Positions 12,180 through 24,852 of a stretch of 64,000 nt of DNA are shown here, in pieces. The stretch covers positions 89,095,288 through 89,159,287 of the forward strand of contig NC_092373.1 of NCBI RefSeq assembly GCF_030028105.1, read 5' to 3'. A model generated the notes under the pieces. The model was not told the DNA's origin. It saw only the letters and a program-made list of their open reading frames with translations, and searched no databases. Position 1 is the stretch's first letter. Every line of letters begins with the position of its first letter. This DNA comes from Mobula birostris. Taxonomy: Eukaryota. The translations under genes and the position numbers were made by a program.

Positions 12180-12400
12180 AAAATAGGAAATGCTGGAAAC
12201 ACTCAGCAGGTAACGTGGCAACTGCAGAAAGACAAAGAGTTAAAGTTTCAGAACCTGGATGTGTCATCGGAATTATATTAAATTATATATTTAGAAGGAT
12301 CACAGACCCAAAAAGTTAACAGTATCTGCCTGACTTGCTGAGTGTTTCCGGCAATTAGTTTTATTTCAGATTTCGAACATTTGTGTTTTTCTTGATTGTC
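12180..12400. repeat. Palindromic element made of inverted Penelope-like termini
   Basis: AAATGCTGGAAACACTCAGCAGG ... ACTTGCTGAGTGTTTCCGGCAATT inverted arms. Confidence 0.6.
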
Positions 12401-12464
12401 AATCCTAATATCTTGTGTTCATCTCTGGGTAGCCAGAGGGTCTGACATTGATGAATTATTATAA

Positions 12465-13320
12465 AATAATGGTTTTATCATTGTCACATGCACCAAGGCG
12501 TAGTGACAAACTTGGTTCTGCATAGCAACCAGACAAGTACTTCTCCATATCAATACATCAAAAGAAATACAAAGTTCAAAGAAAAACAAAGTAAATTTTA
12601 TTATCAAAGTACTTCCATGTCACCATATGCAACCCCGAGATTCATTTTCATGTGGGCAGACTCAATAAATGTATAGAATAGTAACCATAACAGGATCAAT
12701 GAAAGATCAATCAGAGTGCAGAAGGCAACAAAACGTGCAAATGCAAATATAAATAAATACAGTAAATAATGAGAACAGGAGATGATGAGATAAAGAGTCC
12801 TTAAAATTAAATCCTTGGTTGTAGGAATATTTCAATGATGGGCAACTGACTAGTTATCCTCTTCTATTCAAGAGCCTGATGGCTAAGGGGCAGTAACTGA
12901 TCTTAAACCTGGTGCGAGTCCTGAGGCTCTTGTAGCTTCTATCTGTTGGCAGCAGCAAGAAGAGAGCGTGACCTGGGTGGTGGGGGTCTCTGATGATGGA
13001 TGCTGCTTTCCTACAACAGCGTTTCATGTAGATGTGCTCAATGGTTGGGAGGGCTTTATCTGTGAATTACTGGGCTGAATCCACTACCTTTTGTAGGATT
13101 TTCTGTTCAAAGTCATTGGGAAAAGCAATAACAGAATGCAAAATTTCAGGTGACAGTTACAAAGAGTGCAGTGGAGGCCGATGGTAAGGTTCAAGGACCG
13201 GTGTGAGGTAGATTGTGAGGTCAAGAGTCCATCTTATCATTCAAAAGGTCCTTTCATTACTGTTAAAACATGGTAGAAGCTGTCCTTCAGCCTGGTGGTC
13301 TATGCTTTCAGGCTGCTCCT
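12465..13320 (-). mobile_element. Rex1/Babar-type LINE 3' fragment (~12572-13120) nested inside another LINE 3' tail
   Basis: Tail AAAGTTCAAAG..TTTTATTATCAAAGTAC matches the copies at 16153, 29290 and 43468; host tail resumes at ~13120. Confidence 0.7.
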
Positions 13321-14169
13321 TATTTTTTTATCTTCTGTAGGCAGGTTGGTACATTTGAGGTTAGCACCATGTCACAGTCTGCATTGAGCTTAAGGGTCTG
13401 CTGACAGTAGCTAAATATGGGGTGCATGATTATATTCAACAATCGCTGTGAGAAGAAACAGCTCACCCAAGTTCACCTGACCACTATCCACCACATATGC
13501 ATCTCAAGAACATGCATGTGGGATAGGATGCTTACTTTTAGAATCCCAAGGATTTTTTAAAAACTCTGTACTTTCACTCACAAAGCTTTTAACAATTAGG
13601 CCTTTGGTTGAATTTTTTTAAAAAAGTTATGTGTTGGCATTTGTAATCAAAGGCATCCAAGATATTCTCTCATTAGCTCACCTTTTGTTCATCATTTCAA
13701 CAGTATAGAGTGATAAGAACCTTTTGGCAGTCAGTGCTGTGCACCTGTGTGTGGAAGGCAAGCAAAGGCAGTTTTTAATTATAAGGTGTTATCACGGCAG
13801 ACTTTCCCCCTGAAAAAATCTGCCCAGCTCCTGTTGAGAAACTGCCTGGAAATGGAGATAAAACCTCTGCTTGCCCACCTAACAAAGGGACTCCTGTTTC
13901 TGAACTGTCAGGTTACATCATCACAATTGGAAAGCAGCTATTTCCTGATTAGTTAGTTGTATCTCAACGCACCTCTGGCTTGCTTTTCTCACATCTTTCT
14001 AATATTGGAAGAGTGTTGGAGCAGAAGGGATGAAAGAAATTATTAAGCTTTAAGCCTTGCAGATTCATATTCCTGCTAAGATATCGGCATGGTTCAACTG
14101 GCAACCCTGTCACTTTGAGAGCTAAAGTCCTAGTTGGCGAACTTGATCTCATAGTCTCTGCTTCAATGA

Positions 14170-14750
14170 GAGAAGGTGATTCCTTAAATTAATTTTGAAA
14201 CTCGGGCCCTCCCTGGCTGTCAAAGTGGATGGAAAAGATTCTGTGGCCTCACTTGAAGAATGAGGTGCCTCTGTTTTGAGTAATATTCCTCTCTCTACCA
14301 AGACCTTCAGTGCAGGTGAACTGGTCATTACCTTGATACAATGAGTGATTTGTTGCCAGTACAAGTTTGCTACATTATAGCAATGATGACACTTCAGAGG
14401 AACATCAGTTGTGCCTCTCGACGATGGAATAGATTGCATCTTTATATCAGCCCTTGTGGTCTTGGGAAATCTTAAACTAACTGTCTTTGGCCTCCTTTGT
14501 GGCTGAGGAAGCAGGCTTACCAATTTATGCACTGGATTTCCCATCAATGAGAATGAGGTGATTTTTTTTGACGTTGTTTGGAGGATATACGTTAGACAGT
14601 GAGGAGAGTTCTGCTGCTGTAAAACATAGGAAATAATGACATTGGATATTTCACACCCACATGAGACAGCAGATGAGGTCTCAGTTTAACATGTCATCCC
14701 AAAGGCACCATCTCTGACAGTGCAGCAACTGTTCCGAACCGCATTAACAC
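14170..14750. mobile_element. Two ancient DeuSINE (SacSINE1/AmnSINE1-like) fragments in opposite orientation; a third at ~15500-15670
   Basis: Deu-domain-like text (CTGGTCATTA..., TACATTATAGCAATGATGACACTTCA) and reverse head (CTCAGTTTAACATGTCATCCCAAAGGCACCATCTCTGACAGTGCAGCA). Confidence 0.55.
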
Positions 14751-14799
14751 GTCAGCAAATCTAATAAACTCTCACCGTGGGAGGAGCTTCGCACAGTCA

Positions 14800-15140
14800 G
14801 ATTGCAAAGAAACAGGTGCTCTGGCCTAGCAGCTCACCACCAGCCAATAGGCACCCATTCAAGCTAATCCTGCTAATCCTATTTTGATTCTCTCCACGTT
14901 CCCACGGCCCCTCCCCTCCCCACATTCCACCACCCACCTACACATTGGGGGTAATTTATAGTAGTCCAGTAACCCACCAACATTCACAGCTTTGAGATGA
15001 GGGGGGAAACTGGAGCAACCAGAGGAAACCCACTTGGGCATAAGAAGAACATCCAAACTCTACTCAGACAGCATTGGAGATCGGGATTGGACCTGGGTCT
15101 CTAAAGCAGTGAGGCAGCGGCTCTACCAGCTTGTCAGTGT
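14800..15140 (-). mobile_element. HE1-like V-SINE
   Basis: GGAAACTGGAGCAACCAGAGGAAACCCAC (V-domain, reverse) and GGATTGGACCTGGGTCTCT (tRNA-like head, reverse). Confidence 0.75.
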
Positions 15141-16152
15141 GATTCCGATGCTTGCAAGTGCTCTTGGACCAGAGTCGTGAACTAATAGAAATAAGACCAG
15201 GGGCTTCACGTGGAAGAAAGAGAGGACTGCACTCACCCCTTAGTAATATTTTCCAACATACCATCTCTATTTTTTTCAATCTGTGTTTGCTAGATAGGAA
15301 ACCTTTGGTTTTGGTTGCCATTGCCCTTTATTTATTCAATATAAACACTCAATTATTTTTAAACAGTTTGCAACAAGGCTGCATTTTTATGAACCGTTAT
15401 CTAAATCCTCACTTAACCTAACTGCTTTACTGGAGTTCTCATTCTCCCTTGTAGCCACATGCTTGGTAACAGGTTGTTGAATTTGTGTGTGGCACTCCCT
15501 GTGGACACTCAGGAGGCTTTACACCCATTAGAGAACACAGATGGGCCTTGGTCTAGAAACCTCATTTCAAAGATGATACCTCTGAAACTGCAGCAGTCCC
15601 TGAAGTCTTAGTCTAGGTTCTGTGTGTGACACCTGCTGTGGGACTTAAACAGACTGGCAGAGCTACTGCCTACTATTCCAGGTCATAACTAATAAAAGAC
15701 TATTGGCCCTATGGGAGGCTATCCTCTCATCTAGATTTTTGTGACAAAGATAACTGTTTATTTATTTTTCTCAGATTCTGGGCATAGCTTGCAAGGCCAG
15801 CACTTGTTACCCTTTCACAAATGCCCATAGAAGGTGGCAGTGAGACACTGGCAATTGAACGGCTTGCCAGGCAATTTCAGAAGGCATTTAGGATTCAAAT
15901 GGGATGCGACTGGAGTGACAGTTAGGGTAGACTGATTGGTGGCTTTGTTTAACAACATCTGAATGTCACCGTTTGTAATAAACAATAGAACATCATGTTT
16001 GTGGCTCGCTCTTACTGCTAGTTCATTAACCCCGTGAAGGCTTATGAATGCAACGGCTATTGTTGTCCAACAGAGGGCTGAGTGAAGCCAAGCATCACTG
16101 GTCTTGATATGCTACATCGTCCACTGAGAGAATGGAAACAAAAGTGACTGCA

Positions 16153-16957
16153 AAGTTCAAAGTAGATTTTATTATCAAAGTACAAATATGTCACCATATA
16201 AAATCCTGAGATTCATTTTCTTGTGGGCATACTCAGAAAATCTATAGGATAGTAACTGTAACAGGATTAATGAAAGATCAATCTGAGTGCAGAAGACAAC
16301 AAACTGTGCAAATACAAATATAAATAAATAGCAATAAATAACGAGAACATAAAATGACAAGATAAAGAGTCCTTAAATTGAGATCATTGGTTGTGGGAAC
16401 ACCTCGATGGATGGGCAAGTGGGTGTAGTTATCCTCTTTTGTTAAAGAGCCTAATGTGTGAAGCATAGTAACTATTCTTGAACCTGGTGGAGCGAGTCCT
16501 GAGGTACCTGTACCTTCTACCTGATGGCAGCAGTGAGAAAAGAACATGTCCTGGGTGATGGGGATCTCTGATGTTGGATGCTACTTTCCTATGACAATGC
16601 TTCATTTAAATGTGCTCAATAGTTGGGAGGGCTTTACCCGTGATATACTGGGCCAAATCCACTACCTTTTGTAGGATTTTCCATTCAAAGGCAGTGGTGT
16701 TTCCATCCCAGGCCATGATTCAGCCAGTCAGTGCACTCTCCACGACACATCTATAGATGCCAAATCTCCATAGGTTCCTAAGGAAGTAGAGGCACTGCTG
16801 TGCTTTCTTTACAATTGCATTTATGTGCTGGGTCCGGGACGGGTCCCCTGAAATAGTAACACCCAGGAATTTAAAGTTGCTAACCCTCTTTACCTCTGAC
16901 CCTCCAATGAGGACTGGCTCATGAACCTCTGGTTTCCCTCTCCTGAAGTGTGCAATC
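16153..16957 (-). mobile_element. Rex1/Babar-type LINE 3' fragment
   Basis: Minus-strand remnants DFRR, NFKFLGVTI, CVVESALTG.I.AW and the shared TTTGAACTTTG tail. Confidence 0.8.
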
Positions 16958-16959
16958 TA

Positions 16960-17495
16960 GATGCTGAGACCTAGAGCAACATAGAAGATCCTAGGGGAAC
17001 TCAGTAAGTCAGGCAATACCTGCAGAAGAATATTGACCGTCAATGTTTTGGGTCAAAACCCTTCATCTGGACTGAAAGATAGAGGGAAGATGACAGTACA
17101 AAAAGTAGATGTTAAGGTTAGAGCAGGAGCTGGCAGGTGATGGGTAAGTACAGGCAAGGAGGGTTTATAGGCCGATGGAGGAGGGAAGAGTAGAAATAGT
17201 GACAGAAGCTGCAGGCCAGAGGCAACAAAGGGCTGAAGATGAAGTCTGAAAGGAGAGGAAGATAGAGGATGGAATGAAATGAGGGAGATGGGGAGGGCTT
17301 CTGTCCTCCATTTGCCTGTCACTGAATCCACCTATCACTCACTAACTCTTGCACCAGCATTGTCCTTATTTTTATGCTGGCTATTTCTCCTCTTTCAGCC
17401 CAGATGAAGGGTCACAGCCCGAAATATAGAACATCCATTTCCCTCCACAGATGTTGACTGACCCCCTAAGCTCTTCCAGTATCTTGGTTTTATTT
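16960..17495. mobile_element. Penelope-like element termini in inverted arrangement
   Basis: Minus-oriented terminus ~16960-17310 abutting a plus-oriented terminus ~17310-17495; both carry degenerate hammerhead boxes. Confidence 0.7.
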
Positions 17496-17499
17496 TGCC

Positions 17500-18000
17500 A
17501 GTTAGAGAGTGATACCAGGAGTGTAACAGTGGTGCTGAATTACAAGGATCTCTCTGTCCAAAGGATGATCCGAATGTCTGCTGCAGAAGCTTCCATTTAA
17601 CTGGATCATAATGTCAGTACTAAATTTTGTGTAGAAGAATATGAACCGGGCAGGCAGGAGTCTGCACTGAATGCCCTTGAGTCCCTGTGTAAAAAAGAGT
17701 TGGTGAATCCTCTGGAATAGTTCTCCAAGCAGACTCCAAGGTAATTTGGCTGAACGCCTCATCATCAGAGCTTTCAAACAAGCTCCAAGGTTTTGCTTGG
17801 CTGGTGGAGAGATTGGTGCTTCACGTCTGATGCACAGCATCCCCTTCTGGGACACATATTTGCCAAGAAGTTCTGGAAGGGGATATGGTGGTCTTTATCA
17901 AGATTGATCCAGGCTCTCTCCATACAGTCAGACTACCTGCTGCTGGAGGATTATCCAGTGAGTGAAAGACACTTGTTGGTCATCTATCACAAAGGGCTAT
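17500..18000 (+). mobile_element. Highly decayed Tx1/L1-like LINE C-terminal remnant
   Basis: FAKKFWKGIWWSLSRLI-like segment typical of the post-RT zinc-knuckle region; weak signal. Confidence 0.4.
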
Positions 18001-19444
18001 CGTGACCTGACTCACCATAAGGTGCAGAACAATGCACTAAATCTCAACACAGCCATCACAAAGGCTTTCAGGGGGAAAGGCAGCAACTTAAGAACTTCCC
18101 ACTGCTGGAATGAAACTCCTGCAAAACCTCCTGATACTGTCATGGAACTCATCTTGAAAAACCAACAAGTGTGCACATGCAACATGGCAGCATGCAGTAT
18201 GAAGGGACCATGCATGAACTTGCAAGCTTTACCAATAGAGTACATTTTAGAATCAAAAATAATGCTACTGAGTTCAGTGAATATTTTCAGAGGAGAATCT
18301 GATTTATGCTGTCCACTAATTAGATTAATCACATCACCCTTTTTTCAAATCATGAAGGAGTGGAGAGTCATGAACAATGTCATGACTTAACTGAGAGGAA
18401 CATGAACATTCCCTAGAAGTCAAGAGGGTGTCAATTATTTTATTGCTGTATCCATTTGGAATTTTGTTGACATAATATATTGCCAAGGGCTAGTTTTGGG
18501 ATTTGATCTAATTAGTTGATTAATCCAAATGAAAGATCCTTATAGCATAAAAATAACCAGACGTATAGAAACTAATGAAAATATTTTATCCAAAACATGG
18601 CTCCTTGCCAAGGGCTTTGAGTATGTGCCAGAGCAGAAGATGAGGAAGGGTAGCTGTGCTGAGTGATCATGCTGGTTGGATCCTGAACATTTCCAGGTTG
18701 GTTAGTGCAGAGGATTGGCTCAATTTTCTTGCTAAGATCATACTGGGCTTTGATAGACAAAATTAGGCATGGCGCTTGTATGTAGAGACATACAGCATCT
18801 GAAAGAAGGCGGCTGAATTGGGCAAAGCTATTTAAAAAAGTGTAGCTTGATATGGGAAGCTAATTGTGGAATCTTGGCCCACCTTAGGACATTGCATTCA
18901 GGAGAAGGGAAGAAGAGGGATAGGAACAGCAGAATCCACGGACATTTGACTAATCACTTCCCCAGCCTCTGAGTGATTCACATGTCAAGTCCTGATTATT
19001 TGACAAGTGACATCAGTTGATGGAAGAGGTTAAAGAGTAGATACTGCAGGAGAAAACTGGTTTCAGTCATTTGCACAAATAAACAGGTAAGAAATAGAAC
19101 AAAATATACCTGGTGGAAAAATGGAAAGCTACATCCTATATTTATTTACAGGCTGCTGAATGTATCTTTGATTGACATCTTAAATGTGGAATGTTTACAC
19201 TACAAAAGACACCCAGCCACTTGCCTAAAGCCTTCCTCCTAATCTTTCCGTGCACTTCACCAAGAATTGTTTTATTTTCACAGCGCAGAAGCTTCTTGTA
19301 CCTTACTGGAGTCTAAATGCATTTTGCAAAAGAGTATTCCTTGTTCCAATGACTGTGCTCATGATTTCTGTGAATCCAGTTTCCATTCTCATGCTTCCCA
19401 CTAGACACAGGTTTTGTTCTTATTCTCTCCCAGTAGGGTCATGG

Positions 19445-20070
19445 AACAACACACTGAAAACACTGAAGCTCTCAGCAGGTCAGGCGGCAACTATGGAGGG
19501 AAATTGTCAGTCTTATGTTTCTGCTCAGGACCCTTCAAATGGACTGAAAGATAGAGGGGAGGTAGCCAATACAAATGGAGTAAGAGTTAGCAATGGCTAG
19601 GTGGATCAGGTGAAGAGGGAGGAGTGGTTTCCATCTGCCCCTTCCACCTCCCTTCACCTTTCTGACCAGATGAGGGGAATGCTAGATAGCTGGGAGAGTG
19701 GAGAATGGAATGGTATCAGAAGCTGGGAGATGATAGATGGAAGTGGCAGAGGGCCAAAGATGGTGGGATCTGATAAAACTGGAAGGTGGAATATGGGATC
19801 AAGGGAGGAAGGAGGGGGGAGGGGAAACCTGTGGGAGGAGTGTGTGTGAAGAGCATATGGAGAGGGTTGAAGAGAGGAAAGGCAATGGGGGCCAGGTGGA
19901 TCAGGAAGAGAGAGAAAATGGATAAAGGGACAGAGAGGAAGATGTTACTGAATTCATTGTTCATACCACCAGGTTTTAGACAGTGCAAGCCGAATTTGAG
20001 GCGCTTTTTCCTCAAACTACACTTAGCTTTACTTTGGCAGTGGAGGAGACCAGAGGCAGATAGACGGAGT
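19445..20070 (-). mobile_element. Penelope-like element 3' end
   Basis: Minus-strand ...LHCLKPGGMNNEFSN (compare LQPDGMNIDFSNF), then pyrimidine-rich tract and conserved terminus. Confidence 0.7.
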
Positions 20071-20617
20071 TAGTGACCTAAAGTAAGGCCATTCTGCATA
20101 TACTATGTGCTTGACTGCAGTACCAGCTGTAAGCCTCCCATAAATACTCCATTTATCATCTGGCATTGGAATGTAGCACAGAACAGACTTCACTTCCTCC
20201 TGTCCAACTTAAAGCAGTGTCAACAAGTTATTTTTGCTCATACTGGGCACAACTCATCAAGTTGGGGTATGAGCAAAAGTAACTTGCTGACAGTGGTTTT
20301 AAGTTGGACAGGAGGAAGTGAGCTGTGGGTAATACATATAATCTTGATCTCAGTGTTGTCTGCCTGACCGATGGATTCTGATCTCAATGTGTTACATCTA
20401 CCCGATGAGCATATAATATCTTCCATTCTTGAACATGACCAGCCCTTTATTGAATAGCATGGCCGTTCTCCAAGGAAGTGGCACGTTGACTCCTAACGGA
20501 TACATCTTTTTTGGGTGATGGGTGATATTTATCAGAATTATTTAAAGTTGTTCTACATTTTTGCATGCCCTCCTCTCCTTCCCCACCATCTCACATTCAA
20601 CTTCTCTCTGCTGACAG

Positions 20618-20783
20618 GTACCTCCAAGCCCTGAGTGTGTGCGAGCCATGATGAGGCTGATGTACTGTCCCCACTGCCGGAGCATGCCAAATGTGAAACC
20701 CTGCAACAATTACTGTCTCAACATCCTGAAGGGCTGCCTGGCCAATCAGGCTGATCTGGACAGTGAATGGAGGAACCTCATTG
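20618..20783 (+). CDS. GPC1: Glypican-1, internal exon (human exon 4 equivalent), 166 nt
   Basis: cttctctctgctgacag|...|gtaaga; [55 protein letters not shown](D), with the glypican Cys pattern and [14 protein letters not shown] typical of GPC1. Confidence 0.97.
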
Positions 20784-21029
20784 GTAAGAGTCACATCATT
20801 GGAGGTTTCAGATGAAGTTGATGTTGGTAGGGAATCGTTGTGGACACTAGGATTCAACATTGGGTACTCAAGTAGATTCCTAATTCTTTTTCTTCATCCA
20901 TCTTAACCTTCTGTGGATCTTGAATCATCTGGGAATTTACTTGATTCTTTGGTATATCATTGGTAGGAAGCTGTACTCCTGGGAAGAGAGGGTTGGCACA
21001 CCACAAGTGGATAAAGAAATTAAATCTAG

Positions 21030-21965
21030 ATTCTTTATAGTTTAGGGGAATGAAGGGTGATCTAATTGAAACATCTAAGATCCTGATGGGACTCGGAAGT
21101 ATAAATGTTGAAAAGTTTCTACCGATGGGAGAAATTTAAACAAGAGGATGTAATTTCCAGTTGTTTAAAACTGTGTGCATAGTGACTTCTCAGAGGTTGG
21201 TAAATCTCTGGAGTTCTTTTCCTTGGATGGTTATAGAAGTCAGATCATTCAGGGTATTTAGAGTCAAAGTCGAGTTTATTGTCATCTGCACAAGTACATA
21301 TATGCAGAGGTGCAATGAAAATCTTACTTGCAGCAGCGTCACCGGCACCTAGCATCAAACAAGTAGCAATCACAAGAAAAACATAAGTTACACACAATTT
21401 TACAAGAAAGAACACAGACTGAACAAATAAGAATGTCCATTTTAGCATAGCATGACTAAACTGTAGTGATTAGGGTTTTTGCTCGTTGGTTCAGAATTGG
21501 AAGATTGAAGGGAAGTAGCTGTTCTTGAACCCAGTAGTGTTGTGACTTCAGACTTCTTCACCTCAGCCTGCTGATAGGTGTGAAAAGATGGCAGGCCCCA
21601 AATGGTGAGGATCTTTGTTGATAGGTGTTGACTTCTTGAGGCAGTGCCTGCTGTAGATGCTACCGATGGTGGGGAGGGATGTGCCCAATATGTATTGGCT
21701 AGAGTCCACCAAACTGTGCAGCTTCATACATTCTTGCATATGTGAATTACCATACCAGACCATGATACAACCAGTCAGAATACTTTCAGTAGAAATTTGT
21801 ATCAGTTTTCCATGACAAGCCAAACCTCCTTAACTTTCTAAGAAAGTAAAGGTGCTGGCGAGCTTTCCTAAAGCTTGAGCTCAGGATTGGCAATTCACTA
21901 TGTTAACACTCAGGAACTTAAAGCTGCTGACCCTCTCCGCTGCCGATCCCCTAATGTAGATTGCC
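21030..21965. mobile_element. CR1 3' fragment (+, ~21030-21262) abutting a Rex1/Babar-type 3' fragment (-, ~21263-21965)
   Basis: MKGDLIET.KI..SQRLVNLWS (CR1); ESILTGCIMVWYGN..IYSRHCLKKS (Rex-type). Confidence 0.75.
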
Positions 21966-22088
21966 ACATATTCGCTCTCCTTCCTACCAGAGGGGTTCAA
22001 GGAGGGATGTCCAAACCCAAGAATTGCATGGTGGAATGGCTGCTGAGAAATTTCAGTGCTGACCCTCTGTTCTGCATTGTGTTCCTAG

Positions 22089-22219
22089 ATTCTATGCTTC
22101 AGGTGGCTGATAAGTTTAATGGCCCATCAAACATGGAGTCGTTGGTTGATACAATTTATTTGAAGATCTCTGAAGCAATACAAACCATGCAAGATAACAG
22201 AGCTCATATTTCTTCAAAG
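22089..22219 (+). CDS. GPC1: Glypican-1, internal exon (exon 5 equivalent), 131 nt
   Basis: ttgtgttcctag|...|gtaagg; (D)SMLQVADKFNGPSNMESLVDTIYLKISEAIQTMQDNRAHISSK; phase matches both neighbours. Confidence 0.96.
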
Positions 22220-22494
22220 GTAAGGAGATGGAGTGAAATAGAGATTTTATCCTTTTGCCAAGTATGATGAATGATGATCCCCTGACTGATAAATTTGGGC
22301 ACTGTTGGACATCATAGAGCAGTAGCTAACACTGAACAGGCATCAAGCTCCCATTGTGCCAGGTGGTGGCTGGTACATGTGATGGAATTAAAACACAGGA
22401 ACACCAAGTTCTGGACTGCTGCATTTTCGATTTGGGAGCCACGATTGGAATTGGGTGATGATTGGAACAGCAACTCAGCAGGTGGAACTTCACT

Positions 22495-22775
22495 GACCCA
22501 GATTTGATCCTGATCACTGGCACTGTCTGTGTGGAGTTTGCACGTTCTCCCTGTGTTGTAGATTGCCTCTGGGTGTTCCAGTTCCCTCCCACACCCCAAA
22601 GACACATTGGTTAGTAGGTTAATTGGCCGCAGTAAATTACCCCTAGTGTGTAGGTGAGTGGTAGAAACTAGGGGGAGTTTATGAAAATGCTGGAAGAAAA
22701 GGTTACAGGGAGAACCACTGGGATTGTTCTGTGAACTGGCATAGATTAGATTGGCTGAATGTCCTCCTTCACTGG
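22495..22775 (+). mobile_element. HE1-like V-SINE
   Basis: GTGTGGAGTTTGCACGTTCTCCCTGTG...GTGTTCCAGTTCCCTCCCACACCCCAAAGAC. Confidence 0.8.
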
Positions 22776-22829
22776 TGTCAAGAATTATGAAGCTTGGTGA
22801 GTTGGAGAAGAGTTGTTGATCCAATCTTA

Positions 22830-23465
22830 TGTAACCTCTTTAACACCACCTGACTCCCGTTGTCTAAGGTGAATAGCCATTGATCCCCGCCAGACAGTGT
22901 AAACGCTTGGTGTGGATATGGTGTGAGACCCCCAAATATCAGCAGCAACACCAATATCAAACAATAGACAAAGTGCGAGTAACGAAATATACTTTATAGC
23001 AATTCGTAATGATGGGTTAGTAGAAACAACTGAAAGGCGCCAAATAAGTAAATTTATCAGTCTTGTGCACATAATATTTTAATACATTTGAGCTCATGCC
23101 TCTGATTCCATCCACAACATCCTTCCGAGACTTCGGCCACCCTCCGAACCGCCGAGGTCCGGTATCTGCTGCCCTGGAACCGCTGTACGTTCCCGCACAT
23201 CCGTCCTCTCCGCTCACCTCCCGAAAAGCCCGCGATCCTCAGCTCAGCACACAGGTACAAGATAGCATAACATGACTTCCATTGGCTAGCAAATGAATAC
23301 AATTTCCATTATCACTAATTATAACCCAAACATGCTGCCACAGAGAACCCCTTACTCAGCAGTTAACAGTACGAGAAGCCATTTTATTTTAACAGTTCAG
23401 AGAAGCCATTTTGTAATAAGCAAATAACAGATAACAGTCCATCTAATATTACTGAGAACCTTACA
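22830..23465 (-). mobile_element. Solo LTR (Gypsy-like), 636 bp
   Basis: TGTAA...TTACA termini with a perfect 4-bp TSD CTTA (22826-22829, 23466-23469); CpG-rich core; orientation inferred from minus-strand CCAAT and ATAAAG. Confidence 0.85.
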
Positions 23466-24024
23466 CTTAAGTTAGTTCAACCTTATAAACCACAATGATA
23501 GAACTTGAGCAGCAAATTACCTAATATATTCGATGTAAATCAAAAATAAATCTTAACCCTTCCACCCAACCTCCCTCTGTAAATAGTCCATTTATAATAA
23601 AATCAGGCCAGACTGCATGTTTCCAGCAGTCTGTTCTCTGAGCCCATGTCAGATTTGATGGTCCCTGATGTTTCGGTTGACACCAAGGGCCATCTCTTTC
23701 CCTGGATCCAGGAGCTTTCTGTCTTCCCAGTTTCCCATGAAGTCTTGTCACCATCTGTTCCCTATGAGGAGTTGGATCTGTCCTGGGGTCTCCCAGCCCT
23801 ACATCCATATACGCCTGACCAGTTCTCCCTTCAGGTACTGGAAGTTGGTTATCATACAAGATTGGTAACAACACTTAACAGCACATAGAGTATTTCTTCA
23901 GGACTTCTTTTGTTTTTATATTCTATGTATGGGACTAAATGTACCTTATTCTCTTTATTTACACTGTCCTGAAATTACACTGGATCATCAGAGAACACAG
24001 TTGCTGATCTCCCATCATGGTTTC

Positions 24025-24369
24025 CAGGGGTGCAGTGCTAGCTGGAGTGCACCAGAGCGCGTCTGGCACCTCTATAAGAAAAAAGCCAAAATAAACAAGC
24101 TAATTAATTAGGTGCCGCCCAAGAGCGAGTGGATTTAACAAGATGTTTTTGGTCACAGAACAGCCATTCGCTGGATTTTTTTTTGTTTTGGCACCATTCT
24201 TTGTAAACTCCAGAGTCTGTTGTGAGTAAAAATCCCAGGAGATCAGCAGTTTCTGAGATACTCAAATCACCCTGGGCGGCACCTAATTAATTAACTTGTT
24301 TATTTCGGCTTTTTTCTTAAAGAGATGCGGGACGTGCTCCGGTGCGCTCCGGCTAGCACTGCACCCCTG
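24025..24369. mobile_element. hAT-type MITE with 97-bp TIRs and Tc1-derived internal sequence
   Basis: CAGGGG...CCCCTG; arms 24025-24121 and 24273-24369 about 90% complementary; left flank ATGGTTTC, right flank ATGGTT then a CR1 insertion then ATGGTTTC. Confidence 0.85.
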
Positions 24370-24375
24370 ATGGTT

Positions 24376-24852
24376 AAGGTTCACCAGATTGACTCATGGG
24401 ATGGCAGGACTTTCATATGATGAAAGATTGGATCGACTAGGCTTATACTCGCTGGAATTTAGAAGATTGAGGGGGGATCTAATTGACACGTATAAAATTC
24501 TAAAGGGATTGGACAGGCTAGATGCAGGAAGATTGTTCCGGATATTGGGGAAGTCCAGAACGAGGGGTCACAGTTTAAGGATAAAGGGGAAGCTTTTTAG
24601 GACCAAGATGAGGAAAAACTTCTTCACACAGCAAGTGGTGAATCTGTAGAATTCTCTGCCACAGGAAACAGTTGAGGCTAGTTCATTGGCTATACTTAAG
24701 AGGGAGTTAGATATGCCCTAAAGGGATCAGGGGGTATGGAGAGAAGAGAGGCACAGGGTTCTGAGTTGGATGATCAGCCATGATCATACTGAATGGCGGT
24801 GCAGGTTCGAAGGGCCAAGTGGCCTAATTCTGCACCTATTTTCTATGTTTCT
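24376..24852 (+). mobile_element. CR1 LINE 3' fragment with (TTTCTATG)n tail
   Basis: GMAGLSYDERLDRLGLYSLEFRRLRGDLIDTYKILKGLD...FFTQQVVNL. Confidence 0.9.

Noticed and set aside
1-20617. GPC1 exons 1-3
   Set aside because: No signal peptide or exon-3-like peptide (e.g. RLLERLF, PFG..P) was found; this stretch appears to be part of one long intron.
21875-22267. Track ORFs 21875-22267, 27299-27763, 38439-38621 and 47342-47782 as stand-alone genes
   Set aside because: They are GPC1 exons extended into intron or SINE sequence; the true limits are the splice sites.
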